From assembly GCF_009914755.1 (NCBI RefSeq), contig NC_060927.1: a stretch of 64,000 nucleotides of DNA; one strand, written 5' to 3'. Below the pieces are notes generated by a model. That model ran no database searches. It was not told the origin of the DNA and worked only from the letters and a program-made list of their open reading frames with translations. This DNA comes from the human T2T-CHM13v2.0 reference genome, Homo sapiens. A program made the position numbers and the translations under genes. This document shows positions 1-11,867 of this stretch, piece by piece. Each line of letters begins with the position of its first letter. Position 1 is the stretch's first letter.

Positions 1-761
1 AAGAAAGAGAAGCAAGAGAAGAGGGAATAACATGATCAGAGGCTACAGTCTGGATCCTGGGGAAGACAGGCCATCAGAAGGAACTCCCAGTGGGTTGACA
101 GGGGATGTTTTTATAAGCGGACATGCCAGATCCCCAGTTTTAAGGGTTTGTTTGATAGACAATGTAAACTCACTATTGTAATTCTCTATACTCCTAACTT
201 TTTAGAAAATACTGAATGTATTTATACAGACTTTTCAGGAGGTATGAGGAAATATTAAGCTGAAGCAGTAAAGTAATATATACACTGCCTTTTATTTACC
301 CCTTCCCAGACACTGATATTAAGGGAGCACCATTATATTAAGGAAAGTTGTAACCCAAAACCATCAAGTGGTGATTAGCTTGGAAGATATTGAGTGTGCC
401 AAGGATCTAGAAATGACAAGGAAGTGCAACAGTGATGACCCCACAAAAGTTTTGGCAAAAATCTCCATAACCAAATATATTGGAAGGATTTTATCCTTTA
501 AGGGTGGGCACTCTTCGTGGGTATTCTACCTGTGTCTTCTGCATGTGCTTGATTTTTCTCTTCCCTTCTCACTGCAACTTAGAATTTTCTCCTGTTTCCT
601 CCTTTTCTCCTTCTACTCACACCTCACATATCTTCTTGCACAAAGGTGGGTCCATGATGGGATCTCTGCTAGCAGGACTGGAAGAGGGCATGGGGAATGA
701 GAAGTAAAAGATGGTCTAACAATGTGATTATTTTTTCATCTCCTGCAGTAATGGCCTGCAT

Positions 762-784
762 ACACACACACACACACACACACA
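762..784. repeat. (AC)n microsatellite
   Basis: Uninterrupted acacac... run seen directly. Confidence 0.95.
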
Positions 785-1375
785 GCCACTTAAACAAGGG
801 AACACTATTCTATTGTATCTTGATCCTAATCTCACTTCTCTTATTTTTTCATTGCCTTCCAGAGTCTACCTTACTTTCACTTTTAAACTACCTACTCTTG
901 TTTGCTGCATGCAATGAAATGCTCAGAAAGGTTGGTCACTAATATTACATTCAAATCCAATTGAATCTTCTTCCATCAGCCTTTGGTGTACAGAGAAATT
1001 CAGCATGGGTGTGCACAATAGTCTTGTCCTTCATACATGCATATTCTAAACAGTAAAAATATATGAGAAAGCTCAGTTTTCATATATATTTCTACCTTGT
1101 TACTATTAGCAAAATCACTTTTAAAAATTTTAAATGTCTCTGTGATAGCTTCAGCCACAGAAGCTTGAATGGTAAAGGAGTCACTCTATTCTTCTGTGAA
1201 GGGAACTTGGCTATGTTATAAAGACAAGCAAGAATGGTCACAAGAGACAGAAGGCAGATATCTGAGAACAAAGAAGTTTCATAAGATCTCTCACACCTGT
1301 GCAGTTTCTGAGCTTTATGAGCTTCTACCACTGAAATTCTTCAGCTTTCATTCTTGTCATCCTAGTTAGGTTTCT

Positions 1376-1545
1376 CTTCATTCCAAGTTCGTTGATTAAA
1401 CAATACTTATTTTGCACCTCTCTGTACTGTTGTGGGAACTGTGAGAACCATTGTGAACAGACTATAGTTTTGCCCTAAAATGTTTAGTATACTAGAAGAG
1501 AGAGATCAGTAAATAAACAATTAAATATGATGTCATAAGCACCGC
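1376..1545 (-). mobile_element. L2 LINE 3' end fragment, highly diverged
   Basis: Resembles the reverse complement of the L2 3' end (attaaacaatacttatttt...tgtgaacag...tgcccta...agagatcagtaaataaacaa). Boundaries are approximate. Confidence 0.55.
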
Positions 1546-2114
1546 CATTGGGCTAAGCACAAAGGTTCTTGCCCTTCCCCTCCCCCTCCAGTAATAAGTG
1601 AGGCATTTATAAATAAAAGCCAGACCTAAGGGAACTTGTATCACAAAGCACCCAACAAAGCTTTCCAGAGAGAATTGTTGATATTCATTCTGTACATTTT
1701 TTGGAGTCATAAACACAACTGATAATTTATTCTTGGTGGGCTCCTCTAATACTCTAACCCACCAAAAAGATGCTTAGGAATAGAGGGTGAGTCATTTTAT
1801 CTGCACTGTGGAGGAGATGTGCTCCTGCCATCTAAAATGGAACTCAGACTTTTTCACAGAAAATTTTTTTCCATATAAACTTTATTTCTATACACTTATT
1901 TCAGATAAATAAAAGGTTAAAGATGATTTTGAATATTGGTTTTGAAACTGAAACATCACTTGATATAAAGAAAAGATGTTCCAAGCTCCAAGCAAATGCT
2001 TTACAACGTACTTATTATATCAACTTGTTATTCAGATACTCACACGTATCTCAATTTTACATATTGAGAAAATGAACAATGAGAATTACCAAATATAGTA
2101 GACATCTTTTATAT

Positions 2115-4519
2115 TCTTTTTCAAATTTTATTTTAGATTCAGGGGGCACATGAACAGTTTTGTTATGAGGGTATATTGCATGATGCTGAGGTTTGAGGTA
2201 TGGAATCCATTGCACACAGGTTGTGAGCATAGTACACAATAGGTAGTTTCTCAACCCTTGGTCCCTTCCATCCTTCTCTCCTCTGGTATTCATTAGTGTT
2301 TATCGTTTCCACCTTTATGTCCATGTGTACCCAATGTTTAGCTACCACTTATAAGAACATGTGGTATTTGGTTTTCTGTTTCCACATTAATTCACTTGGG
2401 ATAATGGCCTCCAGCTGCATCCATTTTGCTGCAACGGACATGATTTTGTTCTTTTTCTATGGCTATATTCTATGGTGTATATACCACATTTTCTTTATGC
2501 AAGACATTGTTGATAGGCACTTAAGGTGATTCCATGTATTTGCTATCGTGAATAGTGCTGAAATGAACATACAGATATTTTTGTCTTTCTAGTAGAACAA
2601 TTTCTTTTTCTTTGGGTATATACCCAGTAATGGGATTGCTGGGTTGAATAGTAGTTCCATTTTTGGGTTTTTGAGAAATCTCCAAACTGCTTTTCATAGT
2701 GACTGAACTGATTTACCTTCTCACCAACATTGTAGAAGCATTCCTTTTCCTCTGCAGCCTTGCCAACATCTGTTATTTTTCGACATTTTTATAATAGACA
2801 TTCTGACTGGTGTGAAATGGTATGTCATTGTGGTTCTGATTTACATTTCTATGATGATGAGTGATGATAAGCATTTTTTATATGTTTGTTTGCTGCTTGT
2901 ATGTCTTCTTTCAAGAAGTGTCTGTTGGTGTCCTTGGTCTACATTTAATGGGCTTGTTTTCTTGCTTTTTGATTGTTTTGTGTTCCTTATAGAGTCTGGA
3001 TATTAGGCCTTTGTGACACACATGGTTTGTGAGAATTTTCTCCCATTTTGTAAGATGTTTGTTTTCTCTGTTGACAGCTTCTTTTGATGTGCAGGAGCTC
3101 TTTAGTTTAATTATATCCCACTGCCAATTTTTGTTTTTGTTTCAGTTGCTTTTGAGGACTTAGCCATATATTTTTGGCCAAGGCCAATATCCAGAATGGT
3201 ATTTCCTAAGTTTTGTTCTAGGATTTTTATATTTTGAGGCCTTATGTTTAAGTCTTTAATCCATCTTGAGTTAATTTTTGTACATGGTGATAGATAGGGT
3301 TTCAGTTTTATTCTTCTGCATATGAATAGCCAATTATCTTGGCACTATTTATTGAACAGGGAGTAATTTCCCCTTTGCCTACTTTTGTCAATTGTGTCAA
3401 AGATCCGATGGCTGTGGGTATGTGGCTTTATTTCTGGATTCTTTACTCTGTTCCATTGGTATACGTGTCTGTTTTTATACCAATACCATGCTGTTTTGGT
3501 TACTACAGCTTTGTAGCAGAATTTGAAGTTGAGTAATGTGATGCCTCTGCCTTTGTTATTTTTGCTTAGGATTAATTTGGTTATTCAGGCTCATCTTTGT
3601 TTTCATATAAATTTTAGAACAGTTTTCTAATTCTGTAAAAGCAGACACTGGTAGTTTGATAGGAATAGCATTGAATCTGTAATTGGCTTTGGCCAGTATG
3701 GACATTTTAATGATATTGATTATTCCAGTCCATGAGCATGGAATGTTTTTCCATTTATTTGTCATTTATGATTTCTTTGAGTAGTGTTTTGTAGTTCTTC
3801 TTGTAGAAATCTTTCACCTTCCTGGTGAGATGTATTCCAAGGTATTCTATTATTTTTCGTGTGGCTATTGTAAATGGGATTGCATATTTTATTTGGCTCT
3901 CAGCTTGAATATTATTGGCTATAGAAGTAGTACTGATTTTTGTAAATTGATTTTGTAGCCTGAAACATTACTGATGTAGCTTATCATTTCCAAGAGCCTT
4001 TTGGCAGAGTCTTTAGATTTTTTCTAGGTATAGAATCATATTGTGAGTGAAAAGAGATAGATTTCTGGTTTTCCTATTTGAATGTCTTTTATTTCTTTCT
4101 CTTGCCTGAATGGTCTGGCTAGGACTTCCAGTACTATGTTAAATACCAGTGGTAAGATTGGGCATTCTTGTCTTGTTCCAGTTATCAAGGGGAATTGTTC
4201 CAACTTTTGCTCATTCTGTGTGATGTTGGCTGTGGGTTTGTCATAGATGACCTTATTATTTTGATGTAACTTTGATGCCTAGTTTGTTGAGCTTTTTCTT
4301 TTATCATGTTGGATTTTATTGAAAGCTTTTTCTGTGTCTGTTGAGATGATCATGTGGGTTTTGTTTTTGATTATTTTTATGTGGTGAATCACATTTATTG
4401 ATTTGCATATGTTGAGCCAACCTTTAATCTCAAGAATAAAGCTTACTTGATTGTGGTGAATGAACTTTTTGATGTGCTACTGGGATTTGGTTTGCTAATA
4501 TTTTGTTGAAAATTTTTGG
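2115..4519 (-). mobile_element. 5'-truncated LINE-1 (L1PA15/16- or L1PB-like): 3' UTR plus 3' part of ORF2
   Basis: T-rich tail, then the L1 3' UTR (gggggcacatg...gatgctgaggttt). ORF 3556..3765(-) reads [32 protein letters not shown], which is L1 ORF2. Confidence 0.93.
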
Positions 4520-5729
4520 AAATGACTGGATTCATAGAAAATATATGAAAAATAAGGGTAAAAGAAAAAGTATGTTCCATTAATTACCTAAAGCTGGTTA
4601 GAGAAAATATTATTCATAGTTCATGACTCAGTATATCCTCAAGGTGAAAACATTTAAGTCCCTGCAGCTCTTCCTCATGTTGAGGAGAAAGTTAAGCCCT
4701 TGAAATGTGAGTGTAAAATAAAGAGAGGGATAGAGTAACATGAGTTTCTCTAAAAGACAGACCAGATGATTTTAAAAGAGATCACACAATCATAGAAAGA
4801 TTGCTTGTTATTTACGAAAATTAACTATTGTTCATACTGTTTCTCAGCCAGGGTTGTACTTGAGAAAGCTTTGCTTTCTTTTTCTTCTTTAAGCTCTAAC
4901 ATAGAAGTAGAAATCTCCTCAAGGCGACAGAGATAACTCAATCTATCATCATGGGATTCAAAGTAAAGGCACGACTGCTAGGTTAAAATTCATGGTGGTC
5001 TCATGTACAACTACTCTTAGAAATGAGATCATCTATTCAACTAAGAGATCCGGATTTGCATTGATCAACCATTTCTCAGCACTAGCTGTCATCATCGTGA
5101 TTTTTATTTATTTATTTTGTGATTCTGTTTTAAATGGCTTATCTAATATTGAAGGGGATTTGACTACAGTGTGAAGAAAATTCTAGGAGAACAAAGCACG
5201 AGGATATGCCTTGCTGTACCCATTACTGTTATAAATGCAGATTGATCTTTCTGCCTAAGGAGAAAATAATAAGGTTAAAGGAATACCTCCCTAGACTCCA
5301 AGTTCTTTCAGAGAATGAAGCATTCACAAGTAACTCAGAAGAAATAATACATGAAGAAATACATGTTGTAAATAATCCTGTTTTCCTGGTTTTGTCTACT
5401 CAGCACACTAGAATCGCTTCTCTGAATGTCAAGTATGGTCCAGATATATACACAACAGCAATAAAAGTGATTTTTTTTCAACTTAAAACTTTAGGGAGAC
5501 AACAAGAAATTAGCTGAAAATACCTGAACTCATAGTCTGAAATAAGATCTATGCAATTACTTACATACACAAAAAATTATAGTACAAAATGCTTTCTGAT
5601 ATTTGTTTCTATTCTCTTCATTAAGAAACTACAAATGGCTCTTAAGTAGTATGGTTGATACCCTGCTTTGTTAGAAAAATTTTGTTTAGTCAAATAGTAG
5701 TGATGTGTTTTTGTTGTTGTTTCTATATT

Positions 5730-6178
5730 TGCATTCCCAGAATTCCTTCTCCTTTTCTGATAATGACTACTAATTCTGATGAGCCACCTCTCTCTCACTC
5801 TTAGACAATGTCATTCAAGTGGGACTAACTTTATCTCCTTGTTTCAAGGTTGCTAAGATAATCTGGACATGAGCTATCAGACCATAGCATCTCCTGGCTA
5901 CCAGTATCATTCTTGGGCCTTTTATTAGAATCATCAGGAAGGGGGCACTCTCCTTCTTCAAGTTAGCCCGGAGCCTCGGGGAGTCATATTGGATACCAGA
6001 TGGAGACAGCCTGCTGAGCGAATTTGAGGAGAGAGTGAGGCCTGAAAACACCATTTGGCCAGATGCCTGATGTACTGCTAGATTTTTTTCAGAAGTAAAT
6101 AAATGTTATTTGTTTTTAATATAAATTAGCAGAGTTGGACTTTTGTAATCTGAATCTGAAAGAGTCACGACTACAACA
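5730..6178 (+). mobile_element. Old MaLR LTR (MLT1J/K-like)
   Basis: Ends with a MaLR-type terminus (aaagagtcacgactacaaca) preceded by aataaa and the typical T-rich U5 pattern. The 5' boundary is uncertain. Confidence 0.6.
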
Positions 6179-6444
6179 TGGTATGAAGCAGACATAGTTA
6201 TCTTCATTTAACTGTATTTTTAGTAGTTTAAATAACTCAGTCAGAAGTATGGAACTAGGTATTGGCTTAGGCCAAATTATAACTTTTTTGATATCATAAC
6301 TGTGATTTTTGTTCTCTTCAGAAACACATATCTGCTAAGCTATGATGAGCTTTTTGATATTTGTGACTGCTATCTACTTCAGCTGATGTATAAGAGAATA
6401 ATATTTCTATAACATAGCACTTTTGCTATAAATAATTTTGGTAC

Positions 6445-7780
6445 TTTATCTCACCACTTCTGTTCAAAATTAAAGTGGAGGTCCTAGTCAGTAAAATAAG
6501 GCAAGAAAACCCGAATACAAGGCATAAAGGAACTCTCTTGCGGCAAGAAGAAACTCTCTTTATTCACAGATGATATAATCATGTATGCAGAAAGCTGTAA
6601 GGGAGAAAAAAACTGATGAATAAGTTAGACAAAGTTGCAGAAAACAAAGGTATTTTATAGAATATTTTTTTACAGACTAGTAACACAATTAGAGAATGAC
6701 ATAAATGACAATTTACAATCACATTCAACAGTGCCAAAGTACTTACGGATATTTAGTAAAATATATAAGACTGGTACAATAAAATCTACAAAATATTGCT
6801 GAAAGAAATTAAGACCTTCACAAATGGAGACATACACCATGCCTATGGATTAGAAGACTAAATATTATTGAGATGTCAATTCCTTTCAAATTGATGTGTA
6901 CATTTGTTACAATGTCAATCAAATTCCCAGCAGGCTTTTTCTGTAGAAATCAACAAACTATATCTAAAATGTTTTGGGGAATACAGAGACCTAAAATAGC
7001 TGAAATAACTTTAATTTGATAAAAGAGGAAAGAATATAGAGAACTTACACTACCTATTTTCAAGATTTACTGTAAAACCTTAGCAGTTAAAAAATCATGG
7101 TACTGGCATAGAAATAGACATGTAAATCAACAGAACAGAGTCTAGACATAAACCAACTCATACACAATCAACTGATTGTTGACAAAGACACCACAGTGAG
7201 TCAATGTGTAAAGGATAGTCATTAAAAGAAATGTTACTAAAAGAACCATTTATGTACATGGGAAAAAGTGAATCATGATGTTTACCTTACAGTTTATCCA
7301 AAAAGGTAACTTGAAATGGAGCATGGTCCTAAGTATAAAAACTAAATCTCATGCACTTCTGGTTTGGTCCTAAATTCAAAAACTAAAACTCATGCATTTC
7401 TGGTTTGTTCATTACACATTGTATCAAAATATAGCTCTGTAACAAATATGTACAATCATTATGTGCAAACTAAAAATGACAAAAAATTTAATTTAAAAAC
7501 TTTAAAATGAAGAAAAAAATTAAGAATTGGAGACTATTGGCCTGGAGATTTAATTAAAAAACAGAAACATAAAAATGTTAAAACTATAAAACATCAAGAA
7601 AAAATTCTTTAAAAACACTCTACAATTTTAGGAGAACAATTCTTAAATGACACAAAAAAAACATAAAAGACAAAAATGATACAAACTGGACTTCACCAAA
7701 ATTAAAAATATCTTCACTTTGAAAGACATCATTAGGTAAATGAAAAGACAAGCCTCATCCTGAGAGGAAGCATTTTTAGT
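6445..7780 (+). mobile_element. Old L1M (L1MC/ME-like) ORF2 fragment
   Basis: L1 ORF2 motifs: tctcaccacttctgttcaa (LSPLLFN), ttcacagatgatataatc (FADD-like) and tggtactggcatagaaatagac (WYW). Confidence 0.85.
7400..7520 (+). mobile_element. Short L1MA-like 3' end nested in the older L1M
   Basis: tggtttgttcattacacattgtatcaaaatat...aaatatgtacaatcattatg followed by an A-rich tail. Resembles the L1MA 3' end at about 37328-37420 in this window. Confidence 0.6.
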
Positions 7781-9275
7781 AATCGTGGCCCCAATATACA
7801 TTGAAAGACCTTCCTGTATAGTCTTTGAAAGTAGTTCTTTTCACTCTTTCCAACAGAGTAGTCAGGCCTTAATGCCTAAGTTATGGGCTCTCTTTCACTC
7901 CTGGTATCCAAAAAGTAGTAAAGTGATATTTTTTTTTAGGGCAAAAAATAAATAAATAAAAGTTGAGAAGTGGTATCTTAAAGGCATACCTTAATCAGTC
8001 TTTTCTTACGAAAGTCTGGGTCAGTTGAAGAAAAAACAAAACTTAGCTTGATAGTCTAAAAGCTATACACATGTTTCTGAGGTTTAGGTTCTGGCTTTAA
8101 CGTAGGTTAGAGGACCTCTAAGTACAAGATTGGCAAAGAAGGGATGGAACCTCCAATGTGTTAACACATATTTTAGTGTCCTACACAAACAATGGTAGAA
8201 ATCCAGGTAAGCATAATTCCTTCTTCTGAAGAAATAACAGAATGGAGAAAAGAAAATGAAGAGGGCAAGCATGTTCATTAGTTTCCAGGAATAAACAAGA
8301 GCAGTTTATGCAGCCACAGAGGCTTGGGAGCCACTTACAACACTAGGCAAGAGAAAATGACCAATATTAAATTTTCACCAACCTTGAAACGTGATTATGC
8401 AACCAGGATTTAATGTGATTTAGAAAAATAACTTTGTCTCTTATACTCAAAATGTTAAGGAAAAAATAAAAATCTTGCCATTCTTTAAGAAAATTTTCAC
8501 AAAGTATTAACTGTCTTCATTTTTAAAAATTACTTTATTGAGATTTAATACAAAAGCTGTACATATTTAATGTATACAACTTGATGAGTTTGGGAATAAG
8601 TACAGTTACACATAACTTAATAGTGTTCTAAGAAATGTTCTAAGATATGTTGTAAGAAATGCGTTGTTAGGTGATTTTGTCATTATGTGAACATTGTAGA
8701 GTGTACTTATACAAACCTGGATAGTATAGCCTACTACACATGTAGGCTATATGGTATAATATATTACTCCTAGGCTACACATCTGTACAGCATGTTACCA
8801 TATTGAATACTACTGGCAACTGTAAAACAATGTTAAGTCTTTGCATATCTAATCATAAAAAGGTACTGTAAATAATTATAAAATATTTAAAATGGTACAA
8901 CTGTTTAGTATACCTACCATGAATGAAGCTTGCAGGACTAGAAGTTTCTCTGAGTCAGTGAATGAAGAGGGAGTAATATGAAGGCCTGGGAGAATAGTGT
9001 ATACTACTCTACACTTTATAAACACCATACACCCAGAGCTACACTAAATTTATTTTAAAATTTATATCTTCAATAAAAATTAATCTTACCTTACTGTTGC
9101 TTTTTTACTTTATACACATTTTAATTTTTTAACTTCTTGACTTTTTTGTAATAGCACATTTTAAAACATCTTTTGTGAATCCGTACAAAAATATTTTTGT
9201 TTATATTCTTATTCTATAACAGGTTTTCTATTTGTAAATTTTTAGATTTTTTTTTTTACTCTAAATTTTTTTGTT

Positions 9276-9393
9276 AAAAACTAAGACGCAAACATATACA
9301 TTAGCCTAGACCCACATAGGGTCAAGATCATCAAAATGTCACTAGGCTGTAAAGCATTTTTCAGACTTATTATAATCTTATAGGACCACTGTT
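9276..9393 (+). repeat. Left copy of 118-bp direct repeat (TSD)
   Basis: Matches 10536-10653 at a fixed offset of 1260 with 6 substitutions and no gaps. Starts at TT|AAAAA. Confidence 0.95.
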
Positions 9394-9979
9394 CCATTGT
9401 GGAAGACAGTGTGGCGATTCCTTAAGGATCTAGAACTAGAAGTATCATTTGACCCAGCCATCCCATTACTGGGTATATACCCAAAGGATTATAAATCATG
9501 CTGCTATAAAGGCACATGCACACGTATGTTTATTGTGGCACTATTCACAATAGCAAAGACTTGGAACCAACCCAAATGTCCATCAGTGATACACTTGATT
9601 AAGAAAATGTGGCACATATACACCATGAATACTATGCAGCCATAAAAAAGGATGAGTTCATGTCCTTTGTAGGGACATGGATGAAGCTGGAAATCATCAT
9701 TCTCAGCAAACTATCGCAAGAACAAAAAGACCAAACACTGCATGTTCTCACTCATAGGTGGGAACTGAACAATGAGAACACTTGGACAAAGGAAGGGGAA
9801 CATAACACATGGGGGCCTGTCGTGGGGTTGGGGGAGGGGGGAGGGAAAGCATTAAGAGATATACCTAATGTAAATGATGAGTTAATGGATGCAGCACACC
9901 AACATGGCACATGTATACATATGTAACAAACCTGCACGTTGTGCACATGTACCCTAGAACTTAAAGTATTAAAAAAAAA
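9394..9979 (+). mobile_element. 5'-truncated L1PA (about L1PA5-7) 3' end
   Basis: ORF 9397..9645 (WKTVWRFLKDLELE..FDPAIPLLGIYPKDYKSCCYK) is the ORF2 C-terminus. It has a G-rich 3' UTR and ends ccctagaacttaaagtatt plus poly(A). Confidence 0.96.
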
Positions 9980-10025
9980 GAAAAATAATTACATAAGTGA
10001 CATGAAAAACAAACAAGAAACTATG

Positions 10026-10120
10026 GAGGAGGGGCTTCAAGATGGCTCACTAGGTATATCTGGTACTCACCTCTTCCACAAAAAAAGAACCAAAATAGTG
10101 AGTGGATAATCACACTTTTT
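10026..10120 (+). mobile_element. Old L1 5'-end fragment (L1PB/L1M-like) within the transduced segment
   Basis: gaggggcttcaagatggctcactag...ctcttccacaaaaaaagaaccaaaatagtgagtggataatcacactt resembles an old L1 5' terminus. Confidence 0.65.
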
Positions 10121-10135
10121 GCAAATTGTCTAAGA

Positions 10136-10161
10136 CAGTGGTCCCCAACCCTTTTGGCACC
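10136..10161 (+). mobile_element. hAT (MER1-like) terminal fragment
   Basis: cagtggtccccaacccttttggcacc resembles the MER1-type left terminus. The match is short. Confidence 0.5.
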
Positions 10162-10171
10162 TAGGAAATGG

Positions 10172-10492
10172 TGCTATGGTTTTGCCATGTCCCCACCTAA
10201 ATCTTCTTGAATTGTAGTTTCCCATAATCCCCATGTGTCATGGGAGGGGCCCAGTGGGAGGTAACTGAATCATGGGGGCGGTTACCCCCATGCTGTTCTT
10301 GTGATAGTGAGTGAGTTCTCACAAGATCTGATGGTTTTATAAAGGGCTTTTCCCCCTTTACTCAGCAATTCTCCTTCCTGCCACCTTGTGAAGAAGGTGC
10401 CTTTCTTCCTTTTTGCTTTCTGCCATGATTGTAAGTTTCCTGAGCCTTCCAAGCCATGCAGAACTGTGAGTCAATTAAACCTCTTCTCTATG
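10172..10492 (+). mobile_element. THE1 (MaLR; THE1C/D-like) LTR, cut at its poly(A) site
   Basis: tgctatggttt...gtccccacctaaatc...tgccatgattgtaagtttcctgag...gaactgtgagtcaattaaacctctt. U5 is missing and replaced by an A-rich tail at 10493-10540. Confidence 0.92.
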
Positions 10493-10535
10493 AAAAACAA
10501 AACAAAACAAAAACAAAAAACAAAACAACAACAAC

Positions 10536-10653
10536 AAAAACTAAGACACAAACACATACGTTAGCCTAGACCCACATAGGGTCAAGATCATCAAAATGTC
10601 ACTAGGCTGTAAAGCGTTTTTCAGGTTTATTATAATCTTATAGGACCACTGTT
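10536..10653 (+). repeat. Right copy of 118-bp direct repeat (TSD)
   Basis: See 9276-9393. The Tigger3 sequence continues seamlessly from 10654. Confidence 0.95.
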
Positions 10654-10774
10654 GTATTTGCCATCTATTGTTGACCAAAACACCATTACTCAGCTGACTT
10701 TATACATGGTGAAACCATCACAATCTATGCCATAAACATATCCATCACCTGCAAAAGTTTCTTCCCACTTTTGC

Positions 10775-10955
10775 AGAACACAACATACCAAAATCCATGG
10801 ATTCTCAATTCCCACAGTGGGCCCTGCAGAACCCTCAGATACGAAAAGTCAGCCCTTCGTATCTATTTCTCCGTCCCATGAATAATATTGTATTTTGGAT
10901 CAGGGATTGGTTGAATTCGTGGATGCAGAACCCATGGATATGGAAGGCAGACTGG
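10775..10955 (+). mobile_element. MER2/MER8-like Tigger-family MITE, 5'-truncated
   Basis: ataccaaaatccatggat...gggccctgcagaaccc...gaaaagtcagccc...ggttgaattcgtggatgcagaacccatggatatggaaggcagactg. Confidence 0.75.
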
Positions 10956-11460
10956 ATGTACCGTTTTCTTTACCCATACATCAGTTGATGGACACAGGTT
11001 GCTTTCATGTCTTGGGAGAGCAGATAACTCCTTAAGCTCCTGTTTTCAATTCCTTTGGATATGTACCCAGACAAGGGATTGTGGGATCATATGGTAATTT
11101 TATTTTTAAAAAATTTTTTGAGGAAACTCCATACTGCAACAATTTACATTCCCACCAACAGTGTTCCCTTTGCTCCATATTCTTGCCAACATATACGATC
11201 TTTCGTTTTGTTTTGGTTTGGGTTTTGGTTGGTTGTTTTTGATAATAGCCATTCTAACAGGTATCAGGTCATATCTCATGTGGTTTTGATTTTTATTTCC
11301 CTGATGTTACTGATGTTGATGGCCTTTTCCTATACCTGTTGGCCAACTGTATTACTTTTTTTGAGAAATGTCTATTAAGTTCTTTTGCCGATTTTTAAAT
11401 CAGATTATTTATTTTTTTGCTATTGAGTTGTAGGTGTTCCTTATATTTTGGATAATAACT

Positions 11461-11867
11461 TTTTTTAATTTTATTATTATTATACTTTAAGTTTTAGGGT
11501 ACACGCGCTCAACGTGCAGGTTTGTTACATATGCACACATGTGCCATGTTGGTGTGCTGCACCCATCAACCCGTCATTTAGCATTAGGTATATCTCCCAA
11601 TGCTATCCCTCCCCCACCCCCTACCCCACAACAGTACCCAGTGTGCAATGTTCCCCTTCCTGTGTCCATGTGTTCTCATTGTTCAATTCCCACCTGTGAG
11701 TGAGAACATGCTGTGTTTTGTTTTTTATCCTTGCGATAGTTTGCTGAGAATGATTGTTTCCAGCTTCATCCATGTCCCTACAAATGACATGAACTCATCA
11801 TTTTTTATGGCTGCATAGTATTCCATGGTGTATATGTGCCACATTTTCTTAATCCAGTCTATCATTG
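11461..11867 (-). mobile_element. Short L1PA 3' end insertion with TSD
   Basis: Poly(T) plus L1PA 3' UTR. TSD ttggataataact at 11448-11460 and 11868-11880. Confidence 0.94.

Larger units (their letters stand above)
8603..10700 (+). mobile_element. Tigger3 (Tigger3b-like, TcMar-Tigger) non-autonomous DNA transposon, split by an L1PA insertion
   Basis: Begins after TA (aagta|cagttac) and contains the Tigger3 motif gagtgtacttatacaaacctggatagtatagcctactacac. The 3' part (ataatcttataggaccactgttgtat...gttgaccaaaac...gactt|ta) is at 10630-10702. Confidence 0.85.

Noticed and set aside
368-942. Overlapping short ORFs at the window start
   Set aside because: Low-complexity translations, including a CA repeat, with no recognisable domain or coding bias.
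9276-10653. Reading the 118-bp direct repeats as LTRs of a small retroelement
   Set aside because: They lack TG...CA ends and are part of the host Tigger3. The insert has L1 hallmarks (endonuclease site, poly(A) tail, 5' truncation).
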